Source: an uncultured bacterium
GTDB taxonomy: Bacteria; Omnitrophota; Omnitrophia; Omnitrophales; Aquincolibacteriaceae
DNA: 62,965 nucleotides
NCBI GenBank assembly: GCA_964385615.1
Contig: CAYLPP010000001.1
Location: 38,220-101,184, forward strand
Direction of reading: 5' to 3'
In this document: positions 1 to 9,280 of the stretch, in pieces
Layout of the letters: each line of letters opens with the position of its first letter
Numbering within the stretch: position 1 is the stretch's first letter
The notes under the pieces: generated by a model
Told to the model about the DNA's origin: nothing
The model's database searches: none
Seen by the model: only the letters and a program-made list of their open reading frames with translations
Translations under genes and position numbers: made by a program

Positions 1-156
1 GCGGACAGCAAGGTGAATTTCAAGGTCAAGGTCCGCAAGGCAACGGGCGCAGGCATCGAGGCCTCGGGCATCACCGGGGTCAGCAAGGTCAGGGTTCTGG
101 AAACGGAAATAGTTCCGGCTCCGATGGAACCAGCTCAAACTCTTCAGGCGTTTTCG

Positions 157-453
157 TCAGCTGATACGATCGAGAAAATAAATTTCCATGCCTCCCTGGG
201 CGAGTCCGCCCAGGCGGGCAACCGCTTTTTTCACGTGTTCGCTGGCAAGGTGCTTGTCCAAATGAGCCCGGCTGGTCCAGTTTTCATGAAAAATAAAAAC
301 GCCGGGATCTTCCTGTGATTGATGAAGGTCATAGTTCACGCACCCTTCTTCCGCGCGCGTTGGTTTTATCAGCCCAAGAAGCATTTCCTTGAGCTCAGAT
401 TCTTTTCCGGGTTTCGCTTTGAACTTCGCCACGATCGTCAGATTTTTCGCCAT
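157..453 (-). CDS. ABM (antibiotic biosynthesis monooxygenase / YgiN-like) domain protein
   Basis: 98-aa ORF of typical ABM size. The pattern KPGK..E....L......R.E.GC..Y.LHQ...P..F.F.E.W.S..A.D.H..S.H resembles quinol-monooxygenase-like proteins by eye. Confidence 0.7.
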   Translation of the reverse strand: MAKNLTIVAKFKAKPGKESELKEMLLGLIKPTRAEEGCVNYDLHQSQEDPGVFIFHENWTSRAHLDKHLASEHVKKAVARLGGLAQGGMEIYFLDRIS

Positions 454-466
454 TTTCTTTCCTTAT

Positions 467-1093
467 TTATTTTGACGGATTTTCCGCCGTCAGGATTTTT
501 CTAAGATTTTCAAACGTCTTAAACGGCATATTCACGCTCAATGAATTCGCCAGCGCGGCGGGAATTGAACCGCCCGCGTCACAGTGCTGTTGAAACATCA
601 CTTCCGTTCCGCCAGTGGGGAGCGCTTTGAATTTCCACAGAATCTTTAAATAAGGCACACGCACTTTCCCCGGCTGTTCCGGGTATGCCTCGGGCCTTGC
701 CGAAAGCCGGTAAACCACGTCGCCGCCCAGCTCCACGGATTTTTCACGAGCATAAACACTGTCACGGTCGGAAACCGGCCAGGGCATCGCCATCACGTAA
801 TAAACAATCTGTTCCCCCGCTTCCTCTTCAAGAAGGCGCGCTTCCGCGCATTGATAAAACCATTCGGGGTAACGCTCTATTTTTTCGTAAAACGCCATCA
901 CTTGATTGCGGGGAACTTCAAGTTTCATAACCGCTTTAAACTCCAAAAGCGGAGAACCGTCCACCTTGCGGGTATAAACCTTAATGCCGTTTTTATCTTT
1001 TTTAAGATCCCAGGGGTGCTCCTGGGCTAAGACGGGGGCGCAAAACAAAACCGAAGTGATAAGCACCAAAACACGAGGAATTAAGGCTCTCAA
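467..1093 (-). CDS. Secreted START/SRPBCC lipid-binding domain protein (paralog of 59461-60102)
   Basis: Signal peptide (LFCAPVLAQE), then W.L.KD..GI.VYTR.V.GSP..EF.A, typical of bacterial START domains. About half the residues match the second copy at 59461-60102. Confidence 0.6.
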   Translation of the reverse strand: MRALIPRVLVLITSVLFCAPVLAQEHPWDLKKDKNGIKVYTRKVDGSPLLEFKAVMKLEVPRNQVMAFYEKIERYPEWFYQCAEARLLEEEAGEQIVYYVMAMPWPVSDRDSVYAREKSVELGGDVVYRLSARPEAYPEQPGKVRVPYLKILWKFKALPTGGTEVMFQQHCDAGGSIPAALANSLSVNMPFKTFENLRKILTAENPSK

Positions 1094-1095
1094 TG

Positions 1096-1617
1096 TTAAG
1101 CCTTCAGCAAAGTTTTAAGCTTTTCAATCAGCGCCGGTTTTTTTAAACCTTTGGCTTGCGCGTCACTCAAAGCTTGTTCAGCAGGCACGCCTTCGTGAAG
1201 ATTGCGGTGAAGCGCCCAAACCGCGGCCGCCCGCTGGCCTGTCGCGCAATGAAGAAGAACGGGGCCCGTTGCCGGATCTTTAAGAACTTCCGAAAGCTGT
1301 TCCGCCTGACGAGGGCTGAAGTTTTCAACCGAAACGGGAATATTCACATATTTAAGACCGACAGCCTCCGCGTGATCTTTTTCTTCCGAAGTTCCTTCTT
1401 CCGGATTTCTCAAATCGATAACAGTTCTCACGCCCTGCTCAGCCGCCTGGCCCAAACCCTTCGCTCCCGGAGCCCCGCCGGCAATCAGGTTCTCTTCCAA
1501 AAGAACCGCGTTCGGAACTTCCGTTAATTTTTTTGTATCTAATTTAACCGGGGGTTCACCGGCCAAAACCGGTACTGCCGCCGCAAGCATTAAAGCCAAC
1601 GTAAGGATCTTCTTCAT
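1096..1617 (-). CDS. Secreted DUF442 / PTP-loop phosphatase-like (beta-lactamase-hydrolase-like) protein
   Basis: Signal peptide. HCATGQRA cysteine P-loop near the C-terminus with VIDLR..EE upstream, as in the TIGR01244/DUF442 family. Confidence 0.55.
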   Translation of the reverse strand: MKKILTLALMLAAAVPVLAGEPPVKLDTKKLTEVPNAVLLEENLIAGGAPGAKGLGQAAEQGVRTVIDLRNPEEGTSEEKDHAEAVGLKYVNIPVSVENFSPRQAEQLSEVLKDPATGPVLLHCATGQRAAAVWALHRNLHEGVPAEQALSDAQAKGLKKPALIEKLKTLLKA

Positions 1618-1629
1618 AGCCTTCTCCTT

Positions 1630-1977
1630 TTATAATTTATTGTATTTGGTGATCCGGCCTTTTGATTTTTCGACCGGATATTTAAGAGCATTCTTGGCGA
1701 GTTTATTTTCTACCGCCTGGGCGAGATCAATTCCCAGATTGTCGGCAAGCTCAAAAAGGTAGCAGGCCACATCGGCCAGCTCGTCGGCAATTTCTTCCTT
1801 GCAGTCACGAGCGTGAGCTTCCACCTGCTCAGGTTTTTTCCATTGAAAATGCTCAAGTACTTCAGCAGCTTCCAGAGCGAGCGATAAAGCGAGGTCTTTG
1901 GGATTGTGAAACTGCTCCCAGTCGCGCTCATTGACGAACTTTTTAATTTTCTGCGTCAGGGCTTTGATATCAGACAT
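1630..1977 (-). CDS. MazG-like nucleotide pyrophosphohydrolase
   Basis: 115 aa. The motifs F..ERDWEQFH.PK.LALSL.LEAAEVLE.FQW and EEI.DELADV match the small all-alpha MazG/dCTPase-like family. Confidence 0.75.
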   Translation of the reverse strand: MSDIKALTQKIKKFVNERDWEQFHNPKDLALSLALEAAEVLEHFQWKKPEQVEAHARDCKEEIADELADVACYLFELADNLGIDLAQAVENKLAKNALKYPVEKSKGRITKYNKL

Positions 1978-2013
1978 AAATCTCCAGATTGAAAACGAAT
2001 GTATTGTACTACA

Positions 2014-2595
2014 TCATTTGATTTTTTCGATCCGCCGGTCGGGAATAAACCAGATCACTGCCACGGCGGCGTAGATCACCGCGGAAATTTGGGCATTCAC
2101 AAACGCCAATCCGATCGCGGAAAGATAACAAAGGGGCGAAAGCTTCCCTTTCCAGTCACAGCCAAACGCTTGCGCCAGTGAAGATCCTTTTCCATGCAGG
2201 CCGACAATGGCCCGCTGAAGCAGGTAGTAAGCGATCGCCGCCATAAAGAACACTCCCCCATAAAGGGCCGTCGGCCACGGCGCGCCTCCGGTTTGTCCCA
2301 TCCACGCCGTCACAAACGGAAAAAGAGAAAGCCAGAACAACAGGTGCATGTTCAGCCACATGATCTTTCCGTTGATTCGCCCCGCGGCATGAAGCAGGTG
2401 ATGGTGATTGTTCCAATAGATCGCAAGGTAAATAAAACTCAAAAGATAACTCAAAAAGACGGGAAGCAGAGGTCTGAGTGAGGCCAAGTCCGTACCGTGC
2501 GGAGCGTGAAGCTCCAGGACCATGATGGTAATGATGATAGCAATCACACCGTCACTGAAAGCTTCCAGCCGGTTCTGCGGGAAATGGTCAGCCAC
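2014..2595 (-). CDS. TMEM175-family (DUF1211) potassium channel
   Basis: N-terminal RLEAFSDGVIAIIITIMVLEL signature (RxxxFSD) and six hydrophobic segments. Confidence 0.7.
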   Translation of the reverse strand: MADHFPQNRLEAFSDGVIAIIITIMVLELHAPHGTDLASLRPLLPVFLSYLLSFIYLAIYWNNHHHLLHAAGRINGKIMWLNMHLLFWLSLFPFVTAWMGQTGGAPWPTALYGGVFFMAAIAYYLLQRAIVGLHGKGSSLAQAFGCDWKGKLSPLCYLSAIGLAFVNAQISAVIYAAVAVIWFIPDRRIEKIK

Positions 2596-3337
2596 GTTTT
2601 ACCCTCCTAACCGAAAAATAAACTACCGCGAGAAAAAGCCCCAGGACAAGAAGCACCAGGAGCGAACTGAGCAGCATGACCGCTACCGCGGCCAGGAGAT
2701 AAAACACGAAAAAAGCGGCATTTTTTACTTTCGCGGCGGGACCGTGGTCCGAAGGCAGGGCAACCCGGCCGACTTCCTCAAAAAGCAGAGGGTTGTTGAA
2801 ATCCGAAGGCATGATTTTAAAACTCTCACGCTCGAAACAGTAAATTCCGGCTTCTTGAAAACCGCGCGCAACCAATTCAGAACAAAAGTAACGGGTTTCG
2901 TTGTTGAAGCGGTTCGCGAAACCGTGAAAATTCAGGATAAAATGAAACTGCTGGGGGATAAAATTAAAAACCAGAAAATAGCCCAGTCCCCACGTGTCGT
3001 ATTTTTCCCCTTTTTCGGAAACACAGAAATCCAGAGCGGAACGAAGTTTTTCAGGCGGGGCGTTTTTCCGGCGGAGAAAAAGCAGGTTGTAATTGTCTTT
3101 CAGATAACGCCCCGAAACCGGATTAATCTGAATCCCATCGCCGTAAGCTTCAACGACCTCATCCCCGCCCAAATAAAAACCGGCGTGTGTCCACCCTCTC
3201 TGTTCAAAACCGTTTTGAAAGAAATTCGCGAGCTTGATCGGTAAAGAGGCGGGGTTCAACCCTTTTTTATGGAATAAAACAACGTCGCCCGGCTTGAGCT
3301 TTTCCAAAAGCTCCGCGGCTGTGTTCAAGCCGGCCAT
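2588..3337 (-). CDS. YiiX/YaeF-type permuted papain-like amidase (C92-like) with C-terminal membrane anchor
   Basis: GDVVLF..., WTHAGFYLGGDEVVEAY (His) precedes YFCSELVARGF (Cys), which is the permuted NlpC/P60 order. Hydrophobic C-terminal tail. Confidence 0.55.
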   Translation of the reverse strand: MAGLNTAAELLEKLKPGDVVLFHKKGLNPASLPIKLANFFQNGFEQRGWTHAGFYLGGDEVVEAYGDGIQINPVSGRYLKDNYNLLFLRRKNAPPEKLRSALDFCVSEKGEKYDTWGLGYFLVFNFIPQQFHFILNFHGFANRFNNETRYFCSELVARGFQEAGIYCFERESFKIMPSDFNNPLLFEEVGRVALPSDHGPAAKVKNAAFFVFYLLAAVAVMLLSSLLVLLVLGLFLAVVYFSVRRVKRG

Positions 3338-3864
3338 TTCTGGGGAACTTTCTGAATCTTGGAAGTGTCGTAACCTTCTTCGCCGGCCAGAGTAACCATT
3401 TTCTGATACTCCGCTTCAGAAATCACGGGTTTGCGCGCCATAATCCAGACGTAGTCACGCTTTTCACGCCCGATAACCGTCACTGAGTAATCCGGACTCA
3501 GATAGACAATCCGGTAATCGCCTTTGAACGGCCAGACAAAACGCATGCCCCAGACCGCGTTGGAAACTTTATCGCGCACAAAACCTTTAGGCGTGTATTT
3601 TTTCTGAGGACCTTCAAAACCGCCTTTGCGGAACGTAAACGTCGTCGCGATCGTGCCGTCCGGATTCATCTGGTAGGATTCAACCGCGTTATACGCTTCT
3701 TTCTCGACAAAAGTCGGAATGTTGGCAATCACGTACCAGCTCCCCATAAAACGCTGAAGATCGACCTGCGGTTCGATCCGAATCGGTTTTCTATCCATGG
3801 TACGGCACCCTCCGGTGAGCATAAAAAAAAGTGCGAGAAAAATCAGAGCGTTGTTTTTTTTCAA
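3325..3864 (-). CDS. blc: Outer-membrane lipocalin lipoprotein (Blc-like)
   Basis: FMGSWYVIANIP lipocalin motif. I moved the start to TTG at 3864, preceded by GAGGAA. This gives MKKNNALIFLALFFMLTGGC, a lipoprotein signal, and removes the overlap with the upstream gene. Confidence 0.75.
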   Translation of the reverse strand: MKKNNALIFLALFFMLTGGCRTMDRKPIRIEPQVDLQRFMGSWYVIANIPTFVEKEAYNAVESYQMNPDGTIATTFTFRKGGFEGPQKKYTPKGFVRDKVSNAVWGMRFVWPFKGDYRIVYLSPDYSVTVIGREKRDYVWIMARKPVISEAEYQKMVTLAGEEGYDTSKIQKVPQKWPA

Positions 3865-3874
3865 GGCCGTTTCC

Positions 3875-5245
3875 TCAATTGATTTCGTTGGCGGAAATAA
3901 TGCGTTCAAAAAGACCGCCCAAATAAGACTTTCCATTGAGCGTCAAATCTGAAACCACGACCTGGTTGATCCGGTTTTTGGCGTCTGAAGTCATCGAGTA
4001 GCGCTCCGCCCAGGTGCAGTGAATCACGTAATACTGGCCGTTATCCTTGCCCAGGAAAATCATCATGTGATGAGGCATGCGCAGAAGCGTGATGCCCGGC
4101 ACGGCATTATCGAGCATCTCTTTTTTCTTTTCGGTGTCTTCCTTGTAAGCGTAATGATCGAGCTGAGTGCCGGTGAAAGATTGTTCTTTGGAACCGCGAG
4201 GCATCTCCACACCCATCCCCAGAAAAACATCCTGCGTAAACCCGGAGCAGTCACGGCCGTTGTAAGTGCCCCCCCAGCCGTAGCGGGCGCCAAGTAATTT
4301 AAAAGCCTGACGGATGATATTCGCCTGTGTAAACGGCAGGAAATCCGTACTCACATCCGCGGAAGCTTTGATATATGCCCGTTTCAGCATGGCACTGCCG
4401 TCTTCTTTTCTTTTAGGAAGTCTCACGGCATAAGCATCGGGAGTAACAGACTCAAGATTAATCAAAGTTCCCATGCTGGGCGACTGAAGCTTACGCGTAA
4501 AAGCCGAATCCGCGTAAACCGGCACACTTTCACCGGTCACAACAAGAAAGGAAGAACTCTTCGCGTATTTTTTAAGCGGGTTCCGGTTTTTAAAAACGGC
4601 GACGTCTTCTGATTTAATCCAGCCCCGCGCGTACATCGCCTGAATGAAATACCACTTTCCGTCACTCGATTCATGCAGGATCGCAACCGGCGTCCAGAGT
4701 TTAATCTGCGTGAACTGGAGCTGATCGAACTCAATATCGCCTTTTTCTTCGAGCATTTTCACATCCGTCGGCAAAGCCCGCACCGAAGCCTGCCTCACGG
4801 CGGCGCCCCAGCGGGTTTCAATCGTCTCCGGAATGCCTTCCCAGTTTTCCACCGGCTTGACTTCCCGTTCAAAAAAATCCGGCTGAATATATTTATCATC
4901 CAAACCGAAAAGCTTCCGGCCTTTTAGAGTTTCATACTGCAGCTCGATCACTTCACGAATGCGGGCACCCTTGCGCTTGGAAGGCAGGCTAAAAATATCC
5001 ACCTGATCACGCACAATCGCGCGGATATCCTGATTAAAAGACTCAAGCTCTTTCGGGGTTTTTAAAACTTTATTCGCGTCGGGAAGACGTTTAATCCAAT
5101 ATTCAGGTTTCAGCTGTTCAGGCTTAACACTGGTCAAAATCAGCGGGCCTTTGGGAAGCGGGGGTAATTCTTCAGCGAACGAGGAAACCGGAAGGAGGAC
5201 AATCCAAGCCGCTGCCAGTAACTTAAAAAAACGTTTCTTATTCAC
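3875..5245 (-). CDS. NlpC/P60 (C40) cell-wall peptidase with SH3b-like region
   Basis: Signal peptide. C-terminal YGWGGTYNGRDCSGFTQDVF catalytic-Cys motif and downstream His (HHMMIFLG). Confidence 0.75.
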   Translation of the reverse strand: MNKKRFFKLLAAAWIVLLPVSSFAEELPPLPKGPLILTSVKPEQLKPEYWIKRLPDANKVLKTPKELESFNQDIRAIVRDQVDIFSLPSKRKGARIREVIELQYETLKGRKLFGLDDKYIQPDFFEREVKPVENWEGIPETIETRWGAAVRQASVRALPTDVKMLEEKGDIEFDQLQFTQIKLWTPVAILHESSDGKWYFIQAMYARGWIKSEDVAVFKNRNPLKKYAKSSSFLVVTGESVPVYADSAFTRKLQSPSMGTLINLESVTPDAYAVRLPKRKEDGSAMLKRAYIKASADVSTDFLPFTQANIIRQAFKLLGARYGWGGTYNGRDCSGFTQDVFLGMGVEMPRGSKEQSFTGTQLDHYAYKEDTEKKKEMLDNAVPGITLLRMPHHMMIFLGKDNGQYYVIHCTWAERYSMTSDAKNRINQVVVSDLTLNGKSYLGGLFERIISANEIN

Positions 5246-5262
5246 GTAAATCTCTGCCTTTT

Positions 5263-7389
5263 CTAATTCTGAGAAGTGCTGGGCGTCAAAACCTGCATCA
5301 GGTTCCGAAATTCCGCCGGGCTTGAAACATCAATACCCGATCCAGGTTCCAGTTTAACCGGCGCAAGCCCTGCTTCTTTTTGTTTTTTTGCTTTCTGCGC
5401 CGACTTCAAAATTCTTTGAGCCGGCGCTGATTTGGGATTCATCGCCAGCACCTGATTGAGACGCCGGATGGCTTCATCATAATCCTCCAGCCCCATTAAA
5501 GCATTAGCCAAATTCAGGTAAGCCGGAAGGTAGGCCGGTTCAGAATTAACGACCTCTGTCAGGAAATCACGGGCCTTTATCCACTGCTCATCCAGCATCC
5601 AGATCAGGCTTAGAGCATCGATCGCGCGATAGGAGCGTGGGGTCGCCCATACGGCTCTCTGATAAAGCTCCACGGCGCCTTCTTTGTCCCCGCTTAATTG
5701 CAGAATCCTTGCCCTTAAAAAAAGTACGCGTCCGCTTCCTGGAAACGAAATCCGAAGAGCGCGGACAAGCGCCTCCGCTCGCTCCGTTTCCCCATGCATC
5801 AAATAAAAATCAGCGAGAGCCACCCGGGCACGGGAGGTCTGCCTCTCATGGCGCGCGGCGATCTGCATATGTTTGAGGGCTCGTTCTTCATCTTTACGCA
5901 TCAGATAAATCAGCCCTAAATTATGGTTCGCGAAAACACTGCGGGGATTGAGTTTCAGCGCTTCCTGAAAATAAGGCTCCGCCTGCTGATAGTTTCCTTT
6001 CGCCACATAAATACTGCCCACATTAAATAGAGTGCGCGCGGTCCTGTGAAGTTTTAAAGCTTTTTCATAGGCATCAAGCGCCTTGTCCAGATCACCTTTT
6101 TTCAGGTAAGAGTACCCAAGCCCGCCGTAGGCAAAATAATTGCCAGGGACTACTTCAACCGCGTGTTTGTTCAAGGCAAGCGGAGAACTCCAGAAACCCA
6201 GCTGACGCACCGTCACCAGTGAGAAAAAAACCAGGGTGCCGGCAAACACCGCCGTGCCCGCTGTTCTTATTTTTTCAGGCGGTACCAGCTCCAGAAAACC
6301 CCAAACAGCCATGACCGCGATCCCGATATGAGGCAGGTACATATACCGGTCCGCCATCGCCTGAGCGCTGATATGCACCAATCCAAGCACAGGCCCAACC
6401 GTAATCAGGTACCAAAGCCAGCCGAAAAGCAAAAAGGGCATTTCGTCCTTTTTCTTCCAGGCCCAGAAAGTAAACACCGCCAGCCCAATCAGGCAAGCAA
6501 CGACAAAGATGGGCATTTCAGTCTGAGGATTGGGAAAGGGATAAGCGATGGCCAGACCGAAAGGCCAGACTGTTTTTTGAAGGTAGAGGTAACAGGAAAC
6601 GACCGCGTTGACCGCCCGGTCAAAAAAACTGATGTCTTTCAGCGAAATGATGGCGCCGATCACTTTGTGCGCCTTCAGTGTCATGATGGAAGAAAAAACG
6701 GCCAGACCGAAAAAGGGAATTTTTTCCGCCGTAAGTTTCCAGAGTGAAACACCCGGCCGGAACCTGCCCAGAGGCCAGAAATCAAAAAGGAAAAGAACCA
6801 AAGGAAGAGAAACTACCATCGGCTTTGACAAAACGGCCAAAACGTAAAATAAAACCGATCCCCAATAATGAGGAGTGCTTTTTTTCCGCCGGCTTTCCAG
6901 ATAAGTTCCAATTGTCAGCCACCAGAAAAGCCCGCTGAGCACGTCTTTTCTTTCAGCGATCCAGGCCACCGATTCCACGCGAAGCGGATGAACCGCGAAA
7001 AGCGCGGCCACGACCGCCGAAGCGCCGACACGGCCGGTTGCTTTCGAAAACACCCAGAAAATCAGCAGGGCGTTCAATATATGAAGAAGAACGTTCGTAG
7101 AATGAAATCCTGAAGGGTCCAGACCGAACAAAGCCCGGTCTAAAAAAAACGAAAGCCAGATCATCGGCTGCCAGTCCCCCGTCCGCATGGCAGTGAAAGA
7201 CCAGCGGAAGGACGTCCAGGAGAACGGCTGGTGCATGACGGGATTTTCGATAATGTATTCCTGATTATCCAGATTGATGAACGGATAATGAATCACAGGC
7301 CAGAAAACCGCGAGAACGAGAAGGGCAAGCCCGAGATAAATCAGCCAGGGCTGAAGAACAAAAGAGCCGCTTTTTTTCTTTCGCGCCAT
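5263..7389 (-). CDS. Polytopic membrane protein with C-terminal TPR repeats (TMTC/PMT-like GT-C glycosyltransferase)
   Basis: The N-terminal ~400 aa are multi-TM and carry FAVHPLRVESVAWIAERKDVLS (DUF1736/TMTC-like). The C-terminus has multiple 34-aa TPR-like units (A..YF..AL.L.P). Confidence 0.65.
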   Translation of the reverse strand: MARKKKSGSFVLQPWLIYLGLALLVLAVFWPVIHYPFINLDNQEYIIENPVMHQPFSWTSFRWSFTAMRTGDWQPMIWLSFFLDRALFGLDPSGFHSTNVLLHILNALLIFWVFSKATGRVGASAVVAALFAVHPLRVESVAWIAERKDVLSGLFWWLTIGTYLESRRKKSTPHYWGSVLFYVLAVLSKPMVVSLPLVLFLFDFWPLGRFRPGVSLWKLTAEKIPFFGLAVFSSIMTLKAHKVIGAIISLKDISFFDRAVNAVVSCYLYLQKTVWPFGLAIAYPFPNPQTEMPIFVVACLIGLAVFTFWAWKKKDEMPFLLFGWLWYLITVGPVLGLVHISAQAMADRYMYLPHIGIAVMAVWGFLELVPPEKIRTAGTAVFAGTLVFFSLVTVRQLGFWSSPLALNKHAVEVVPGNYFAYGGLGYSYLKKGDLDKALDAYEKALKLHRTARTLFNVGSIYVAKGNYQQAEPYFQEALKLNPRSVFANHNLGLIYLMRKDEERALKHMQIAARHERQTSRARVALADFYLMHGETERAEALVRALRISFPGSGRVLFLRARILQLSGDKEGAVELYQRAVWATPRSYRAIDALSLIWMLDEQWIKARDFLTEVVNSEPAYLPAYLNLANALMGLEDYDEAIRRLNQVLAMNPKSAPAQRILKSAQKAKKQKEAGLAPVKLEPGSGIDVSSPAEFRNLMQVLTPSTSQN

Positions 7390-7401
7390 GAAACTCCCGG
7401 T

Positions 7402-7986
7402 TTATCTTTTTGCTTTTTTAACCACTCGAGCGGGCTTCTTTGTTGAGGGAACCATTTCCGAAATCGTAACCTTCCCAACGCCGTTAGGAATCACTTTAAT
7501 TTTTCTCTGTTCCGTTTCCGGCCAGCGGTTGCCGTTGGGCTGATTCGGCTGTTGAGGTCCGCGTCTTTCGGCTTTCCGGCGGGTGAAACATTCTTTGCAG
7601 TAAGTCGCGCGCTCCGGCGTCGGCTTGAAAGGCACTTCACAGTTTTTACGGCATTCGGCGCAAACCGCCTGGAACATCTGCTTACCGCCGTTGTTGGGGC
7701 GGTTCTGCTGAAACGGCTGAGACGGCTGGGAATGTTGAGGGTGCTGAGGCCGGGGGGCCTGCTGCTGCGGGTGCTGATGTTGATGCTGAGACTGCGGTTG
7801 GGGCTGACCGGGCTGAGCGACACGGCCGATCCGGCTGAGCACCACATCCATCTTCCTTTCAACCGACTCAAGACGCTCCGTCAGCTTCAGCATGGCTGAA
7901 ACCAGGTCCGGCATCTGAGTTTCGGGTTCTTCGGCTTTCACCGCGCGTTTAACCGGTTTCACTTTTACTTTTGTCTTTTTAGCCAT
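7402..7986 (-). CDS. CxxC-x17-CxxC zinc-ribbon protein with Q/H/P-rich low-complexity tract
   Basis: CAEC-17 residues-CKEC counted directly. Preceded by PQPQSQHQHQHPQQQAPRPQHPQHSQPSQP. Confidence 0.6.
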   Translation of the reverse strand: MAKKTKVKVKPVKRAVKAEEPETQMPDLVSAMLKLTERLESVERKMDVVLSRIGRVAQPGQPQPQSQHQHQHPQQQAPRPQHPQHSQPSQPFQQNRPNNGGKQMFQAVCAECRKNCEVPFKPTPERATYCKECFTRRKAERRGPQQPNQPNGNRWPETEQRKIKVIPNGVGKVTISEMVPSTKKPARVVKKAKR

Positions 7987-8005
7987 TCTTCCCTTTCAAA
8001 AACGT

Positions 8006-8119
8006 TTATCCGCCGCAGCCGTTAGAGCCGTAGACGATCTCCGTGCCGCATTTGGCGCAGACACCTTTTTTAAAAACCTCATCACTGATTTTTTCTTCAC
8101 AGTTCGAGCACTGATCCAT
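8006..8119 (-). CDS. Possible 37-aa zinc-ribbon peptide (below the ORF-track cutoff)
   Basis: My translation is MDQCSNCEEKISDEVFKKGVCAKCGTEIVYGSNGCGG*. It has CxxC-x14-CxxC. There is no clear SD, but a TATAAT lies ~10 nt upstream of the ATG, suggesting a short or absent leader. Confidence 0.3.
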   Translation of the reverse strand: MDQCSNCEEKISDEVFKKGVCAKCGTEIVYGSNGCGG

Positions 8120-8191
8120 AGCCGGCTATTATATTCAAAAACGGGCAAAAAATCATTTTGTGATTTCAAAACCTTCGTTTATCGTAGTCGC

Positions 8192-9268
8192 ATGTCAATC
8201 TTGTTTGAACCGCTTCAACTTGGAGATTTACGTCTTCCACACCGTGTTTTGATGGCTCCGCTCACCCGCTGCCGAGCAAGCGGCGCTGACGGACGCACGC
8301 CCAACGACCTGATGGCTGAATATTACGTTCAGCGCGCTTCCGCCGGTCTGATTCTGACCGAAGCCACTTCCGTTGACCCGATGGGCGTCGGTTACCCGAA
8401 CACGCCCGGCATCTGGTCCCCGGCTCACGTGGAAGGCTGGAAAAAAATTACCGAACGCGTGCACGCTTCCGGCGGACGGATTCTGCTTCAACTCTGGCAT
8501 GTGGGCCGGGTTTCCGATCCCCTTTATCTGGACGGCAAACAGCCGGTGGCCCCAAGCGCGATCGCGCCTTCCGGCCATGTCAGCCTGGTCCGCCCGCAAA
8601 AACCTTTTGTCACACCCCGCGCGCTCGCGCTGGATGAAATCCCGGGAGTGATCGAGGCTTACCGCAAAGGCGCCGAAAACGCCAAAGCCGCGGGTTTTGA
8701 CGGCGTTGAAATTCACGGCGCCAACGGCTACCTGCTCGATCAATTCCTGCAGGACAGCTCCAACAAGCGTGAGGACAAATACGGAGGCTCCATCGAAAAC
8801 CGCGCGCGCTTGATGCTTGAAGTCGCGGACGCCGTCATTTCAGTTTGGGGCGCCGGGCGTGTCGGCATGCACCTCGCCCCTCGCGGTGACGCGCACGGCA
8901 TGGGCGACTCCAATCCCCTGGCGACTTTCACTTATGTTGCCGGCGAACTCGGCAAACGCAAACTCGCTTTTCTTTGCGCGCGCGAATCCCTGGGCGAGAA
9001 ACGGCTTTTCCCCGCGATCAAAAAAGCTTTCGGCGGAATTTATATCGCCAACGAAAATTTCACCCAGGAAACCGCGGAGCAAGTCATCGCTTCAGGTGAA
9101 GCCGATGCCGTGGCTTTCGGCCGTTCTTTTATCGCCAATCCCGATCTGCCGGAGCGTTTCCGCAAAGGCGCCGCGCTCAATCCCCCGCGCCCCGAAACTT
9201 TTTACGCGCCCGGCCCGCAGGGCTACATTGACTATCCGTTTCTGAGCGAACCTCTTTCCGCTCATTAA
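8192..9268 (+). CDS. Old Yellow Enzyme family NADH:flavin oxidoreductase (N-ethylmaleimide-reductase-like alkene reductase)
   Basis: The motifs LFEPL.LG.L.L.HRV.MAPLTR, LQLWHVGR and GFDGVEIHGANGYLLDQFL are classic OYE signatures. Confidence 0.85.
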   Translation: MSILFEPLQLGDLRLPHRVLMAPLTRCRASGADGRTPNDLMAEYYVQRASAGLILTEATSVDPMGVGYPNTPGIWSPAHVEGWKKITERVHASGGRILLQLWHVGRVSDPLYLDGKQPVAPSAIAPSGHVSLVRPQKPFVTPRALALDEIPGVIEAYRKGAENAKAAGFDGVEIHGANGYLLDQFLQDSSNKREDKYGGSIENRARLMLEVADAVISVWGAGRVGMHLAPRGDAHGMGDSNPLATFTYVAGELGKRKLAFLCARESLGEKRLFPAIKKAFGGIYIANENFTQETAEQVIASGEADAVAFGRSFIANPDLPERFRKGAALNPPRPETFYAPGPQGYIDYPFLSEPLSAH

Positions 9269-9280
9269 CCCCTTTCTTTT

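Noticed and set aside
13-318. A 101-aa plus-strand ORF at the left edge, or alternatively a partial gene in nt 1-156.
   Set aside because: Its 3' half is antisense to the well-supported ABM gene. The first ~150 nt are open in several frames, but there is no recognisable protein signature or start/stop context, so I make no call.
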